Shown here one piece after another: positions 11,801 through 20,132 of a stretch of DNA of 64,000 nucleotides; within the stretch, counting starts at the first letter, position 1, and each line of letters starts with the position of its first letter. The stretch covers positions 868,001 through 932,000 of the forward strand of contig OZ025651.1 of NCBI GenBank assembly GCA_964019335.1, written 5' to 3'. A program made the position numbers and the translations under genes. This DNA comes from Diplonema japonicum (Eukaryota; Protista; Euglenozoa: Diplonemea). The notes beneath the pieces were generated by a model. It did no database searches, was not told the DNA's origin, and was given only the letters and a program-made list of their open reading frames with translations.

Positions 11801-14222
11801 GCAGAAGCTGGTGCACGTTTACAAGAAGCGAGCCATGGCCAACCTCCTCTCCGACACCCCAAGCCACACGAGAAAGGAGTCGCTTAGCGTCCTGAGGGAG
11901 TCGGTCGAGTACGACATACCCAACAAGATCGGCGTCGTGAGCGACAACGAGCGCCTTGAGCTGCATTACAGGTATTACCAAAACCTCATGAAGCTTGCTG
12001 AGGGGAGCCCTGAGCACGAAGAGGTGAAACTGATCATGCAAGAGCATGCAGGGGTCATACATGACTTGGACTTGGATAGGGAACAAGTCGCAGAAGCCGA
12101 GACCGAAGCCGAGGTCACACAAGAACAGCAAACCACACAAACCCAAGCCAGGGAGATCGAAGAAGAGGTTGTGGACGACGTAACCCCCTGCGAACTGGAG
12201 ATGGCTGCCGCGCTGAAATACGACACCACACGAATCGCGAGGACTCCGTGGCGGATCACGGATCTCTTGCAAAAGGAATGCAAAGTACCGCAGTTCCGAC
12301 AGCTCTCCTCTTTGAAGCTTCAGAGCTCCCAGCTGCAGTTCCCTTCATTCCTTATGGCCAGCACGAACTTCATCATTGCGCCCTCATGGCTGGCCGGCGT
12401 AAGGAGGTTGAAAAATGTGAATTTCTACCTCGAATGGTTGCCAGATCCAGAATCAAAACTTTCGATCAAAGACCAACCTTTGAAGCAAGAGGAGAAAGAG
12501 CGCTTTTGCGCTACACAAGATCTGCTTGGTCCGATCCTCAAGAAACATGAAGCGCAGCACCTGCTTCGCAAGCTTGACGTACACATACCTGATGAGATGC
12601 TGCATGCGGAGGTCACTCGAGATGAGCTGACCTCGTTGCTCTGCTCATCGGAGTCGTTGGGTCTCCTCAGTCATCGATACGCCATCCTCCTCACCCTTGA
12701 GGAGGCAGAGCATATCCGCGGTATGCTTCAAAGGCCCCCCCTTTGCGATGTCCCGCTTGCTCTTAAGGCACCATTCTTGGAAAAGGGTCTCGAGACATCG
12801 ATTGTGCAGTGCACGCCAGCTTACCAACAGCATGCTAAGAAGCTGCAGCAGAACGGCATCAACCACGAGAGGGCTGTCAAAGCCTGTCTGAGCTTCTTCA
12901 ACTGTCAGACGCAACAAACCACGTGTGAGGTTCTCTGGGCACTGAGGCTCTTGCGCCACGCCGATCCTGCTCAGCGTCGTGCTTTCTACCTCACCAACAG
13001 GTCATACCGCCGCAGGCTGTGCACCCCGTGGGCACAACTCCCGGTGGCGCCCCTACTCTCTGAAAAAGCGGAGCACGGCATCCTTCAGGCGAACGCTGTC
13101 ATCTCAAAGTTCAAGGCTGCCATGTTAGGAGTAGAATGTATTTCGACACCGGACGATCTCTTTAACAAGCTGGACACAAAGCACAAGGGTTCCCTCACGC
13201 AGGGGGACTTTTACTCGGGCGTGCGCTGGCTGGGCCTTGAGGGTGGACTGCCGCGCGATGTGTGGATGACAGCCATTTCACATCTTTACAAAATATTGGC
13301 TCCAAAAGGACTGCTGACGAGGGATATTGTAAGAACCTCTTTCAGAATCAGCCAAGAGGACCGAGAGGAGTTAAAGCAGCTTGCCGGGCGTGTGGTAGCG
13401 GATGGGGGCGGCCCCAAGGCGGCGCAGTCGACGGTCATCATGGATCATATGATCCCAAACCTCGCATCCGTGGGGAGGTACCGCATCAACGCCGTGCAGC
13501 CGGAGGCGAAGCTATCACTGGTGTGGAACAGCATGGGGACTGCCTGCGAACAGCCGATTGCTATATGGAGAGCAAGCACAACGATGACATCCATAACACG
13601 GCGCAACGCTGTCCTAGTACGGTTCGGGGACCACATGCGGCCATCGTTCACCACCCCGACGGACGGTGACGCTGTGACGGACCTCAACCGACCGGACTGC
13701 CCCATGAAGGCACCGTGCAGGGTGTGGCAGGTGACGGACGACGAGACCCTTAACAAGTACTGCCGAAGTGAACAACTTGAAAACTGGGTAGAAGCACACC
13801 TACCTCACCCCATCGGGTACACCCTAGTGTGGGAGCTGAAAAGCACCACGAAGCCCGTCTACGTCTGGGAACCTCGTCCGCCGAACGCAAGATACTGCAG
13901 CGCTGGTCTCATCGCCACGACAGTGCCCGAAGAGCCTGGGCTGGAGGAGGTCCGATGCATACCCGTAAACTGGTGTCTTAGTGATTCATCAGTGAAGGGC
14001 ATGGAGTGTACCATCGTGTGGAAAGACACTTCCAAGGGCGTCCCCATGCAAATATCCATTGACCCCGCTTTGGGTCTCTTCCATATCTCTCGTATTAAAG
14101 ACGCGATTGCCTGCCGTTCAATTGTTAGCGGGATGCGTTCCTCTGTACTCGGTACTTCCTGCCAGGTAGGAGTACCCACCAGACGAAGGTACCCTGATGC
14201 AACTAGACGCTTCGCAACGTGA
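2805..14222 (+). CDS. Giant (~3800 aa) DUF3638/DUF3645 P-loop protein with degenerate FYVE-like finger, EF-hand and Vps62-like C-terminus
   Basis: Uninterrupted 11.4-kb ORF; CHGC..HCGMC..FCGKC; AFEYMSGILLRKAQ and QLIMGQGKTTVV; IMDEVD; LLAVPFIGKDTPSATSEFQHPDV; FFDHVHTTGMDI..QGAYRMRG; DLFNKLDTKHKGSLTQGDF; PHPIGYTLVW..VYVWEPRPP. Start could be 2805 or 2817. Confidence 0.85.
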   Translation: MGERMDDTCHGCKHIFSLLEGKNHCGMCPGVFCGKCFTEGVCELCKEGIKEEDDWLAEIVGGMGYSKAVGKVRGGFSLVHQPLCLDLFGQDLLPANQCHEEFLPNFITNVAAQPCDTSDKLYLSNYVTPTFSVVHRVFHTLANFQRSFASNPCGDLPKIDRVLSLAKGYVERLLDAVLHTTGKETTVEYLKEKITKTKKKAVDQSIRSALEHLHQGVTSLKQGDAAMVPVFWRKKRATLDDPHDDGHMVYLLLHKATPDAFQVAVVNMSKGTDLYHPCTVDNEGRTAYRMPLVPPQLVKGSAITPAWLWHCTLLPLLRPSFAEFGPKYIYEYLVPSMSRTHPHHRHDSTDGGHAWWQRLPLGGDHSFALSTVAALRWIVGVSVEGGKERACEIEATVRLSILESIANGKIETLSEISAVRKACQATARAVSGCPAASCNLQLDAVLSQLESIETSCSVTAAAMAAKPLPPQIYGLEEDCVDPQSCFHPMTLTPHVETEADKTEHPNMLLPTNTVRIAEDGVNNPLDCVIVFKDTLEAVNLYSAQYKQIANHAQLSVMLLQHVFLRVVPMPSSSGTCFWKDAVLRYDTQQTLLMQLRALITSFAAASFCLKGRELDGTRIIVTNVMLMLVDMLCRIIPSDCTADRVPVFIQHYSGNMECHLGAGVKAPVSKYVLYTEELAAKTAGTLFFAPEQVAARTRVLDYWTEISKDVSADHVLLELKDMRVTKADEGFVTQLSLACGRGASPRVAAALSGKDHWLTGNCPEMVTLRDAAFLVAIMTSDVAEYLPEKGKAAKSYITAGTGLVWRLDRDGTLQVRGFGEDLSKCRAAQRATNQATKKCGTSHASPAALTSSNIKTEEDVLHVEHLPNFNGVLGARCSEELLSFLTAPNLRIVLLLPWFCESERLKCLAEEKLQQVLDAALFEPGDWSMGEFNTPELIPAPERDHLYTPVGLLFDELCKSPRKSLAACHKLLVLAQNLCTGRYNGVPAEIILYVVRLVCRVLRYVRYLVQSLKEEEKTGVQRIRGLREKDLASGVDRELLETYMMQLDNELKVNCFARLKRWAGVAEDSNMVAKACKIHAHIALIFNHCDTEDFLAKPEAGPAIMYAQLYITTHHSWKHTLGVSDVELADTFEKLRRPLYRALKSDKTLCARVLEAGKWAVTSSRPADDAEISYEKTIWREAPTVGGVFLDACNETDLDMTKPRYQESYYEWLHRTHSTSDHLYINLNNGTCSQQKNDVGAVPEEIAADCDFKELFGTTRLRCASLGSAHRLTKYRLLGTRTGTDYDVHFWSKSPDEPSRRDWQKALEAFGWSETHTALKNGPLWIARRVEEEASVWGLLNRVLNADLKIMKADEEAQICSLGGGLEGKYPIIVEVKTNPPLIHVYEVVSCGRKYFKRQVFTTDASFSHYTPQASFRSYYWYQNEWTLSAGSLDSLETPGAYSSVQILNVTSQLLFIPSRLLRGTLPDAILQQYQFWQSLDEKGGLVGHPLGKDDDTTIAVSLGDGVSPWCIVTRTHKDGEKFRLMDVVKNNRQLGNDLARVFSRLEDLSHVLLWCDEYGALAKVELPRLALSFTFTNGRLGCDQHMGYTLFNSATYSTSMKQLLEQFGGGTVVLQKENGELAVVTSRITSPLRPSLATLPRDTPVSWVERRMPAQLLFSRSAPEILDVVTTGAKHHFYPVHHSELYLKPSSVAGMLYLMLCLTLKREYVKVAELGRRLGEAKYSEELNLLRLVITALGEDTHAPDAVACRLHMMSSIGALGNPEAFARSEWMAEDDVKKYVERQLFVSPQLRLSREKELEILPDGSNRKAVLLGKPTRPPTTPATVSTDFYDCLPPAFPSKPPNFNFTQYTPVRKNPADYFDDVLDIGPLTLYEMITGNERILGSLLVRLQFFFGSGCPWLASLERCLYWNHMLVDKLPVLPSVGSEAVLIATRKTFIANTTKVAIPVPDSDASMRTGGFARDTAASNKYSPCEPRVYEDKKKPSEWKSHMWVPKCDIDEVRLGDDIEHPMKDFAAFVSQSCESTKDQANLIALAGEIGQTSGSDKIVESINQFRFSQMNKTTPRLKTFTRSGLKQLKEALKTTRDRDSSKCHALGIEILEVLNNPADRTKRVSGELPEYSIMDAVQDLLSTEINIEGLCSASIATWLHLQNKVGFLNSCIATMSSVEECLGTDSEASMGLDLAKRLTAQRWHVKEGGSIANPRYLAFEYMSGILLRKAQVGLLDALSAKPSAPSVRQLIMGQGKTTVVTPLLAASMSDGETVVLVCMPKSLLEFSKTTLLGVLSTPIFPRPVVSIEFGRASKISEQLVFKVRSAMAAKAAVLVTPASLKSILLKYILAFERLNTDARIIADEKMHDNAQPYISKLGKFLSTKLFGNQAAGLPAQQHAGIHDEILCGKDLLSVLQHNTSLIMDEVDVVLHPLRSELNWPLGDKFPINMTRLTHTEENKMQHIRIGMPWFLFEIVFSYDSDRHNDLAEDYQALPSLHELIKAGFENHKLQEKPHLVILDKQYYTEILRPAICGLLISKLQRDQVRGFSAPNLQQYFLKGVAPVISGSVSDHDIKAVRLARDWLNVYLPHCLSKVHRVEFGVLSKEEVKRFSLAEPDMPKSRELLAVPFIGKDTPSATSEFQHPDVAIGLTIHSMIQKGLHQANVVAVLQKIRATYDADEKQPAQERDAALRYVTWLIHEGVQVMGYSKDGKYLKGVSEIRDAASVWQLGVVDPSDSYQTRVLTEILSKSRGAIQCFLFECVFPLCMMKTATQLSASGQELSSSLLSSHRCGFTGTPNDLLPTEMGECHYSKADDGEMIATLANPSTVEITATSRNPDKILGRIAKESPAALIDSGALITGFSSRGVAVKLFELGINKKGIVYVDTEDRRLVLLRSGGGYKDVPFEQAGIEPQQRFTFFDHVHTTGMDIPQHTKSKAFLTVSQNMNYRDYVQGAYRMRGIGNGQCLDVLVPHDVLHMVPKGLSTPQLNLLNWLVTEEVRGATSQKQILSKQKLVHVYKKRAMANLLSDTPSHTRKESLSVLRESVEYDIPNKIGVVSDNERLELHYRYYQNLMKLAEGSPEHEEVKLIMQEHAGVIHDLDLDREQVAEAETEAEVTQEQQTTQTQAREIEEEVVDDVTPCELEMAAALKYDTTRIARTPWRITDLLQKECKVPQFRQLSSLKLQSSQLQFPSFLMASTNFIIAPSWLAGVRRLKNVNFYLEWLPDPESKLSIKDQPLKQEEKERFCATQDLLGPILKKHEAQHLLRKLDVHIPDEMLHAEVTRDELTSLLCSSESLGLLSHRYAILLTLEEAEHIRGMLQRPPLCDVPLALKAPFLEKGLETSIVQCTPAYQQHAKKLQQNGINHERAVKACLSFFNCQTQQTTCEVLWALRLLRHADPAQRRAFYLTNRSYRRRLCTPWAQLPVAPLLSEKAEHGILQANAVISKFKAAMLGVECISTPDDLFNKLDTKHKGSLTQGDFYSGVRWLGLEGGLPRDVWMTAISHLYKILAPKGLLTRDIVRTSFRISQEDREELKQLAGRVVADGGGPKAAQSTVIMDHMIPNLASVGRYRINAVQPEAKLSLVWNSMGTACEQPIAIWRASTTMTSITRRNAVLVRFGDHMRPSFTTPTDGDAVTDLNRPDCPMKAPCRVWQVTDDETLNKYCRSEQLENWVEAHLPHPIGYTLVWELKSTTKPVYVWEPRPPNARYCSAGLIATTVPEEPGLEEVRCIPVNWCLSDSSVKGMECTIVWKDTSKGVPMQISIDPALGLFHISRIKDAIACRSIVSGMRSSVLGTSCQVGVPTRRRYPDATRRFAT

Positions 14223-14260
14223 GTGTTTCTTTTTTCCAGCTGCAGGGCGGGATAATATGA

Positions 14261-14313
14261 GGCCGAGGTGCCCCCTGTAACCAAGTAGATGGTGCTTGTG
14301 CAGGGCGCCCACC
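14261..14313 (+). repeat. Dispersed repeat family A (ccccctgtaa[c/t]caagtag..gtgctt..ccacc), copy 1
   Basis: Similar to 19920-19983 and 26239-26272. Confidence 0.55.
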
Positions 14314-14510
14314 GGCTTCCTTTAAATTATCGATTTTGTTTTCTTCTTTCTTTTTTCCTCTCCTCTTTTTGAAGAGTATTTTAAGGTGGTGGTAGAACCC
14401 GCCACTCAAAAAAAACCCCCCCCTTTTTGGAGTAATTTGACAGAAAGCTTTTTTTTTAACCTTTTTCAGTTCCTCTCCTTCGGTCCTCTCCCTCAAGTTC
14501 TTTTTTTTTT

Positions 14511-14579
14511 TCATCGCGACAAGCAGCCACCGCAGGCACCAGACAGCAACCGCAGAACGGTGACCGATTAGTGTGAATT
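14511..14579 (+). mobile_element. Short 3'-end copy of the LINE-derived element at 44545-45147
   Basis: About 68 nt nearly identical to the reverse complement of 44547-44612 (cagccaccgca..ccagacagcaaccgcagaacggtgaccgattagtgtgaatt). Confidence 0.75.
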
Positions 14580-14672
14580 TCTTCTTGAACAGTGAGCACC
14601 CCCATGCGCACTGAAACTTTATCGAATTTTTTTTTTTCATTCGAACTCGAATTAGTTGAGAAAGGGAACTAA

Positions 14673-15170
14673 ATGGAGCGGTTTACTACTGACAGACTGC
14701 AAGTGGCCAAATGGAGAGAGCAGAATTATGAAGAAGACGTGTGGCACGAAGTACTAGTGGGGCTGCTGACTGACAATGTGACAAAAGAGCTGCCCCCTGG
14801 GTGGCAGGGGTTAGACACAGAGGGAGCCAAGAAGTGGTCAGAGGAACGTGAGGAGGAGGGTGTGATGCTTGCTGCAAGGGAGACAAAAAGCAATAAAATA
14901 GTGGGTCTTTTGTTTCTGTACTCTGACCTCGGGGCTTCAACGCCCACTGCCCACGTGGGGTACTTAGTGGGTGAGCCGTTCCAAGGTAAAGGTTTTGCCA
15001 AAGAACTGCTCAATGGCCTCGTCTCGAATATAGAAAAGCCCACCACCCTTCGTGCTGGCGTTTCACGCCACAACAAGGCCTCCATCGCTGTTTTGGAGAA
15101 ATGTGGGCTCACGCGCTGCCCCTCCGAAGGTCAAGAAGACGAACAACTTTTTTATGAAGCAAAGCTGTAA
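14673..15170 (+). CDS. GNAT N-acetyltransferase, RimJ/RimL-like
   Basis: FTTDRL at N-terminus; HVGYLVGEPFQGKGFAKELL acetyl-CoA motif A; HNKASIAVLEKCG motif. Confidence 0.85.
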   Translation: MERFTTDRLQVAKWREQNYEEDVWHEVLVGLLTDNVTKELPPGWQGLDTEGAKKWSEEREEEGVMLAARETKSNKIVGLLFLYSDLGASTPTAHVGYLVGEPFQGKGFAKELLNGLVSNIEKPTTLRAGVSRHNKASIAVLEKCGLTRCPSEGQEDEQLFYEAKL

Positions 15171-15509
15171 TTATTATTTTATTTGATCCTCCCCCTTATT
15201 TCTTTTCTTCTTTTGAGGACCAAATACAACAGGACCCACAGGAGAACCAAGAATTTTGACCTTTTTTCTTTCTTTCTTCTATCCACCCCATCCTGGCTTC
15301 TATAGTATTCCGCTTTTTTTATACCCGAAAAAAAAAGAAGAAGAAGAAACACCCAGAAAGAGTAAAAAAAAAAATACCCAAAGGAAAAACTCACCCCGTT
15401 CTCTTGTCAGGCTGACTTTCTCGTTGTCCGTCTTGACCTGTTCTCCTGGTTTTGTTTTCTTGCTCGTTATTTCTGCTTACTGCCTTCCATTGTGATTTTT
15501 TTTCTCCCT

Positions 15510-15627
15510 GTATTCAGTCGCTTATGCACGTTCCGTTAAGACGAGTACTGTTGCCTCGCGTTCAGCCGCACAGGCCCTCCCAGTCCGCTGTCTTGTCCCA
15601 GTCGAACGTCGGATCTCTCGGATGACG
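15510..15627 (-). mobile_element. Possible non-LTR retroelement scrap
   Basis: GC-rich island in a homopolymer spacer; minus strand reads FDWDKTADWEGL, reminiscent of the K-ADW linker motif of LINE ORFs. Confidence 0.25.
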
Positions 15628-15933
15628 AAAGGGGGGGTTTTTTTTTTTCATTCACACATTTTCTTTTCTCCAAGCATTCACAGGTGCCCCCCCCCCCCCC
15701 CCCCCCCCCCCTCGTTCACACTACAAAATAAAACATCCATTCTAAGGAGGGGGAAAAAAAGAGAAAGCCGGCCTCCCCCTATTTTCACTTTTCTTGTACA
15801 TTTTTTTCTTTTTTTTAGTCAAAATCTCGTTCATCAATCATTGGAGATCGGCCGCACAGCCGAACAAGAGGCTCAAAACGGGGCAGGTATACAATTTTTT
15901 TCCCCCCCCCAAAAAAAAAAGGTGGAAAGCTGG

Positions 15934-17370
15934 ATGACAGGCGGCGGGGGCAATGATGCGTCGTATCCGTTATGCGAGGGGACAATCGATCAAGTGAAGT
16001 ACATCCCAGTCAGGCTGACGATCGAAGAAAGAAAGAGGCAGCGGCTCCTCCGCGCCGCCGTGAGCGCCTCACGGTACACCGACGTAGTCGACACCCCTGC
16101 GAACGAAAAACGACGACTGACAACAATCCTAAAAGAACAGTACAACCTGTACTTGGGAACATACGTCGCTGATGTTCAACCAATGGAAAGAGGCCTTCAA
16201 ATGTGCGGGGAGCCAGAACTATCAAGAGCCGAGGGCATGATCACAACCCTCTTCGAGCTCTCCAGGCGGTATAAGGTGATGAACCCAGAGACGATGCGCT
16301 GCGATTACGGAAAACTTCTGTTCATCATGCAGGACTCCGTGAGGGAGGAAGTCAAAGAACAGCTTGGATTCAACCCCATGAAGCCAATTGTAACTGTCCA
16401 CTCCCGAGCGGTGGAGCTTGGTGTGGAAGACCTTCTCTCCGAACCGGAACTGGCTTTGGCAACAACCCCTGTCCCAAGGCTGTCTCGGATACAAAACTTA
16501 AACGTCGCCTTAAGAAAGAAGGACAAGACCGTCGCTCGCCTTGTAGCAAAGTATGCCCGTCGTGGGTCAAAACTGGAGGACAAGGTGGAACAGCTGATCA
16601 GGTCCATCGACGATGCTAACTGTTACATAAGGGACAATTCAGACACCATTTCTGCGATGATAACGGAGCTTAAAATGCACTTCAGTCCCCATTCTGCGGA
16701 ACCCGGTCTTGCCTTGGCCATCTCTGAAGGTGTCGAAGGTTCGAGACTCTCCCACGAACACGAGAAACAGTACCATTTCGTCCTGCAATCCCTCACCCTC
16801 TGGAAAAACATCACCAAACACATGTACAAGCTCTGGCTTTTAATGGAAGTCGATCTTCTCAGCGAGGACAACCCGTACTCCTTGGAGGACACGGGGCAGG
16901 GTTTCAACAGAAAACAGCAAGCACCTCAGCTGTACGATGCGATGCAGGGGATCCTCGAGATGACGAAACAGGAAGTGTCAGTCTGGGTCGGATCCGACAA
17001 GGTACACATTGGAGACCATCAGGTCCCGAACGGGTACAATTTCATCGAGAAGTACACGCAAACAGCGAGGATCATCAACCCCATCCTGAAGACAGTCCAA
17101 GCCATCGACACCATCGCGAAGGACCCCGAACACCTAGCCTACATAAAGGACGTATGGGCCACCCCCGAAGTCCTTAAAAAGTCGATCCTCTGCGATTTCT
17201 TCCGCCACGGTTTCGACGGGTCCGGCGGCGACAACGACATGGACGCCGGGTCCTGCATCGACGGCCGTTTGACCTCTGCTTGGCACTGGTGCAGCTCTAT
17301 CAAGGGCAAACCATTTTACCCCATTTTCTTGCTGGCAGGTTTCGGATCCTTCGACGGCGACTTCACGTAA
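15934..17370 (+). CDS. DUF2009 (UPF0652) family protein
   Basis: YIPVRLTIEERK..YTDVVD; RRYKVMNPETMRCDYGKL; FFRHGFDGSGGDNDMDAGSCIDGRLTSAWHWCS; GFGSFDGDF terminus. The ORF-track extension upstream is low-complexity spacer. Confidence 0.88.
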   Translation: MTGGGGNDASYPLCEGTIDQVKYIPVRLTIEERKRQRLLRAAVSASRYTDVVDTPANEKRRLTTILKEQYNLYLGTYVADVQPMERGLQMCGEPELSRAEGMITTLFELSRRYKVMNPETMRCDYGKLLFIMQDSVREEVKEQLGFNPMKPIVTVHSRAVELGVEDLLSEPELALATTPVPRLSRIQNLNVALRKKDKTVARLVAKYARRGSKLEDKVEQLIRSIDDANCYIRDNSDTISAMITELKMHFSPHSAEPGLALAISEGVEGSRLSHEHEKQYHFVLQSLTLWKNITKHMYKLWLLMEVDLLSEDNPYSLEDTGQGFNRKQQAPQLYDAMQGILEMTKQEVSVWVGSDKVHIGDHQVPNGYNFIEKYTQTARIINPILKTVQAIDTIAKDPEHLAYIKDVWATPEVLKKSILCDFFRHGFDGSGGDNDMDAGSCIDGRLTSAWHWCSSIKGKPFYPIFLLAGFGSFDGDFT

Positions 17371-17491
17371 AAAAAAGGGGGGGGGGGAATGAGTACTTTT
17401 TTCAGTATTTTTTTACCTCCCGTGGGAAAAAAACTACTACTTTTAAAAAAAAGGGGGGGGGGGGAAGAAACCCGCAAAAAGAAGAAAAATA

Positions 17492-19169
17492 ATGGCGGCC
17501 TCAGGGTACTACCCAGGGCAAGAAATTGAAGTGCTTTATGGGTCGGAATGGTTCAGGGCATTGGTGAAGCGTGTGACGCCAGCAGGCATCTGTGCTGATT
17601 GGGGCGATGGTACCTTTGCAGCTGGGTTGGGCCCGCACGAGGTGCGGGCGATGTCGAGGAACGTATCGCCGAGCCCGCCGCAATTCGACACGAAGAGAAA
17701 AGTGTCACCTGTGAGGACAAGCAGGGCCGCGTTGTCCCCTGCACCGCCCTTGAACATACGGCAGATGACCCCGCCTCCGGTAACAGCAGTGATCGCTTTT
17801 TATGATTCACTTTTCCGTTTAATCGGTGTTCGTTGTGGACTACCGTCACCGGTTGTTGCTATTCCCGAATGCGACATAATGTGGGCGTTCCGCCACGATC
17901 CTGAAACAGCGCGTGCTGTTTTTCGAAACCCCCTGCGGCCCTTGGCACGCGATCCTAACGATGAAATCACATCGGCAAGGTTTTCACAATGGGCCTCCGG
18001 ATGCGACGCCGATTACATACAATGGCTGGAAGACGAACTGAACAGAACGGAGAGGATATCCATAGCAAGCCCTATGCCGCCGCAGCCTGTTCCGGTGGTG
18101 TACCACAGTCATATTTCAAACAGTGTGGACTCCGCTGCTGTTCAAGAACCTTACCCGTCTCCTGCTGCCATCGCAGCACCGCCCCCGGAACCCGAGAAAG
18201 ACGATCATATTACAGTTGAGCAAATGGACCATCAGGAACAGATTGGAACGGTTGCATCGACAAGAGGACGGTCGAGGTCACCACGAAGCCCGAGGGTCGA
18301 CGCAAGGGTCAACATGACAGGCTCGCCGCACCGCACTAGGAAGGAGGCGTTCGAAGCTGCCATGTCGCCACGGCTCAGGGAACCGTCGCCTCCGAAAGAT
18401 CATGGTTACTCTGAACCCTGCACGCCGGAATGTTCACATCGTCCACCAAGCCCCGAGTCAATTCGAAACACGAACAGCCCTACTCGGTCACGAGGGAGGT
18501 CGGCAGGTTCCCGTAACGCAAGTAGAAAACCCCCTGTCAGCGTAGTAGTGTCCAGCGTTAAAAACACAGGGTTCAAGACAAACCTCAACGGGAAGTACAC
18601 AAAGGTGGCACCGTGGCCCAGCGACGAATCAGCCGGTGTTGTCCTCCGGTACAAAAAGGAAGGCGGCGGTGCGGTTTTATACAAAACAACAGACGGTAGA
18701 TGGCGGCTTAACGATTCCGACTCGGCGATTGGATGGGTTTATAGCAACAAATGCCTTCAAGGAAAATGGATTGAAGACAAGCATGCTGGTGACTTTACCG
18801 GAGCATCTGGTACCCCTTACCCGATTGTGAACCTTCCCGAGGAGGGTTCTCGGACGCGGTCGGCCAAACGTGCCATGTCGCCTGCGTCCAGGTCCGCACA
18901 GGTGGATTCGCTGTTCGGCCGAACACGGCCTGGTAAAGGGCAGATGTCTTCAGGGGCTCCTAGAATGGCGCAGACATACCGTGCTGCTACTGATGTTTAT
19001 TATGCATCACCTTCGTCATTCAGAAGTGGTTCTGAGAAAATGTCAAAAGCAGCGTTTACAAGGTGTGTAAATTAAAGCGGGGGGGAAAAAAAGGGGGGAA
19101 AAAAAAAACAGTTCATTCGGCAGCACTCCAAGGTTCCATAAAACCACTTCTACCAACGGTCGTGTGTAA
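17492..19169 (+). CDS. Tudor/Agenet-like domain, Pro/Ser-rich protein (2 exons: 17492-19062, 19112-19169)
   Basis: YYPGQEIEVLYGSEWFRALV..WGDGT; splicing gives the tail KAAFTSSFGSTPRF, echoing the upstream SSGAPRM motif; a further intron at 19166-19215 is possible. Confidence 0.7.
19063..19111 (+). other. Predicted 49-nt A/G-rich GT-AG intron
   Basis: AG|GTGTGT...AAAAAAAAAACAG|T; removal bypasses TAA 19073-19075. Confidence 0.6.
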
Positions 19170-19709
19170 GTTTTTTTTTTCCCAATTGTATATTTTTTTT
19201 TTTCTTTTCAAAAAGATTTTGTTCTTTGAGTGCCATCTGCCGTCGATAAAAAAAGGAAAATAAATAATTCGCTCGAAAAGCTTTTTTTTTTTTGGAGATT
19301 TTCTTAGATGGTTTTTGAATAGACGAAAGAATAAGGTAAGTAGGCATTGATTATTGATGGTGAGAATGAAGAGAACAGAAAAAAAAAAGGAAAAAGGAGG
19401 TTTTGGCGGAAACCAAGATCAAAAAAAGAGTTTTCATTGTATTACAAAAAAAAAAGAAAAAAAAAAAAAAAAAAAAAAGAGGTTTTTTAAAAACCTCTTT
19501 TAAGAAAAAAAAAGATAGCAAATCTTTCCCCTCCCTTCTTTTTTCATTCTTGTTCCCCCTCCCCCTGTATTTTCCCCCCCCCTCCTCTTCCCCATCCCTT
19601 CTTGAACAAATGTGTGTACCTTCCTCTTCTCCTTTTCCCTATTGTTCCCCAGGTTTTTATTAATATTACTTTTTTTTAAGGTGGTGGGGATAACATGGAA
19701 ATATAAGAA

Positions 19710-19997
19710 GTACATCAGATGTGTTGTTCGCTGTTGACCTCCTCGTCGGTCATCACCGGTAGCGCCCGAGTGGAAGAACGTAACGCAGATGCTCAGGGTG
19801 ACGAACATGCAGCAAACTGCACGAGCGCAGAATCTTGGTTACCCGGGACGCCCCGGCTAGGGTTGAGCACACCGCACGCATTAAGGACACGACGCGGAAC
19901 GCAGAAGAAGCTACTGCTCGGCCGAGGAGCGCCCCCTGTAATCAAGTAGGTAGTTCGTGCTTCATTGCACGCTTAACGCCACCTAGTGTTGCAATTA
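19710..19997 (+). mobile_element. GC-rich retroelement-like remnant ending in repeat family A
   Basis: About 290-bp complex island in a homopolymer spacer; 19920-19983 matches 14261-14313. Confidence 0.4.
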
Positions 19998-20022
19998 AAG
20001 CCCCATTTTTTTTCTTTTTTGC

Positions 20023-20062
20023 GCGATCCTGTCACATACTGCAGGTTCCCTTCAAAGACACC
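20023..20062 (+). repeat. Dispersed repeat family B, copy 1
   Basis: gcgatcctgtcacatactgcaggttcccttcaaagaca versus 41053 gcgatcctgtcacatgctgcaggttcccttcaaaaaca. Confidence 0.8.
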
Positions 20063-20132
20063 TTTTTTTTTGGTCTCGTTCCTATCGAAAACACCGCGTT
20101 TTTTAGTGGGGAGAAGAAAAAAAAAAAAAGAA

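Noticed and set aside
15622-15933. Long N-terminal extensions in the ORF track (also 19986, 21504, 29626, 30675, 46456, 48200)
   Set aside because: Translations of homopolymer spacer (poly-K/F/P); real starts are placed at downstream ATGs
17367-17392. GT..AG segment over the DUF2009 stop codon
   Set aside because: The protein already ends at the family-typical GFDGDF-like terminus and no coding-like exon follows
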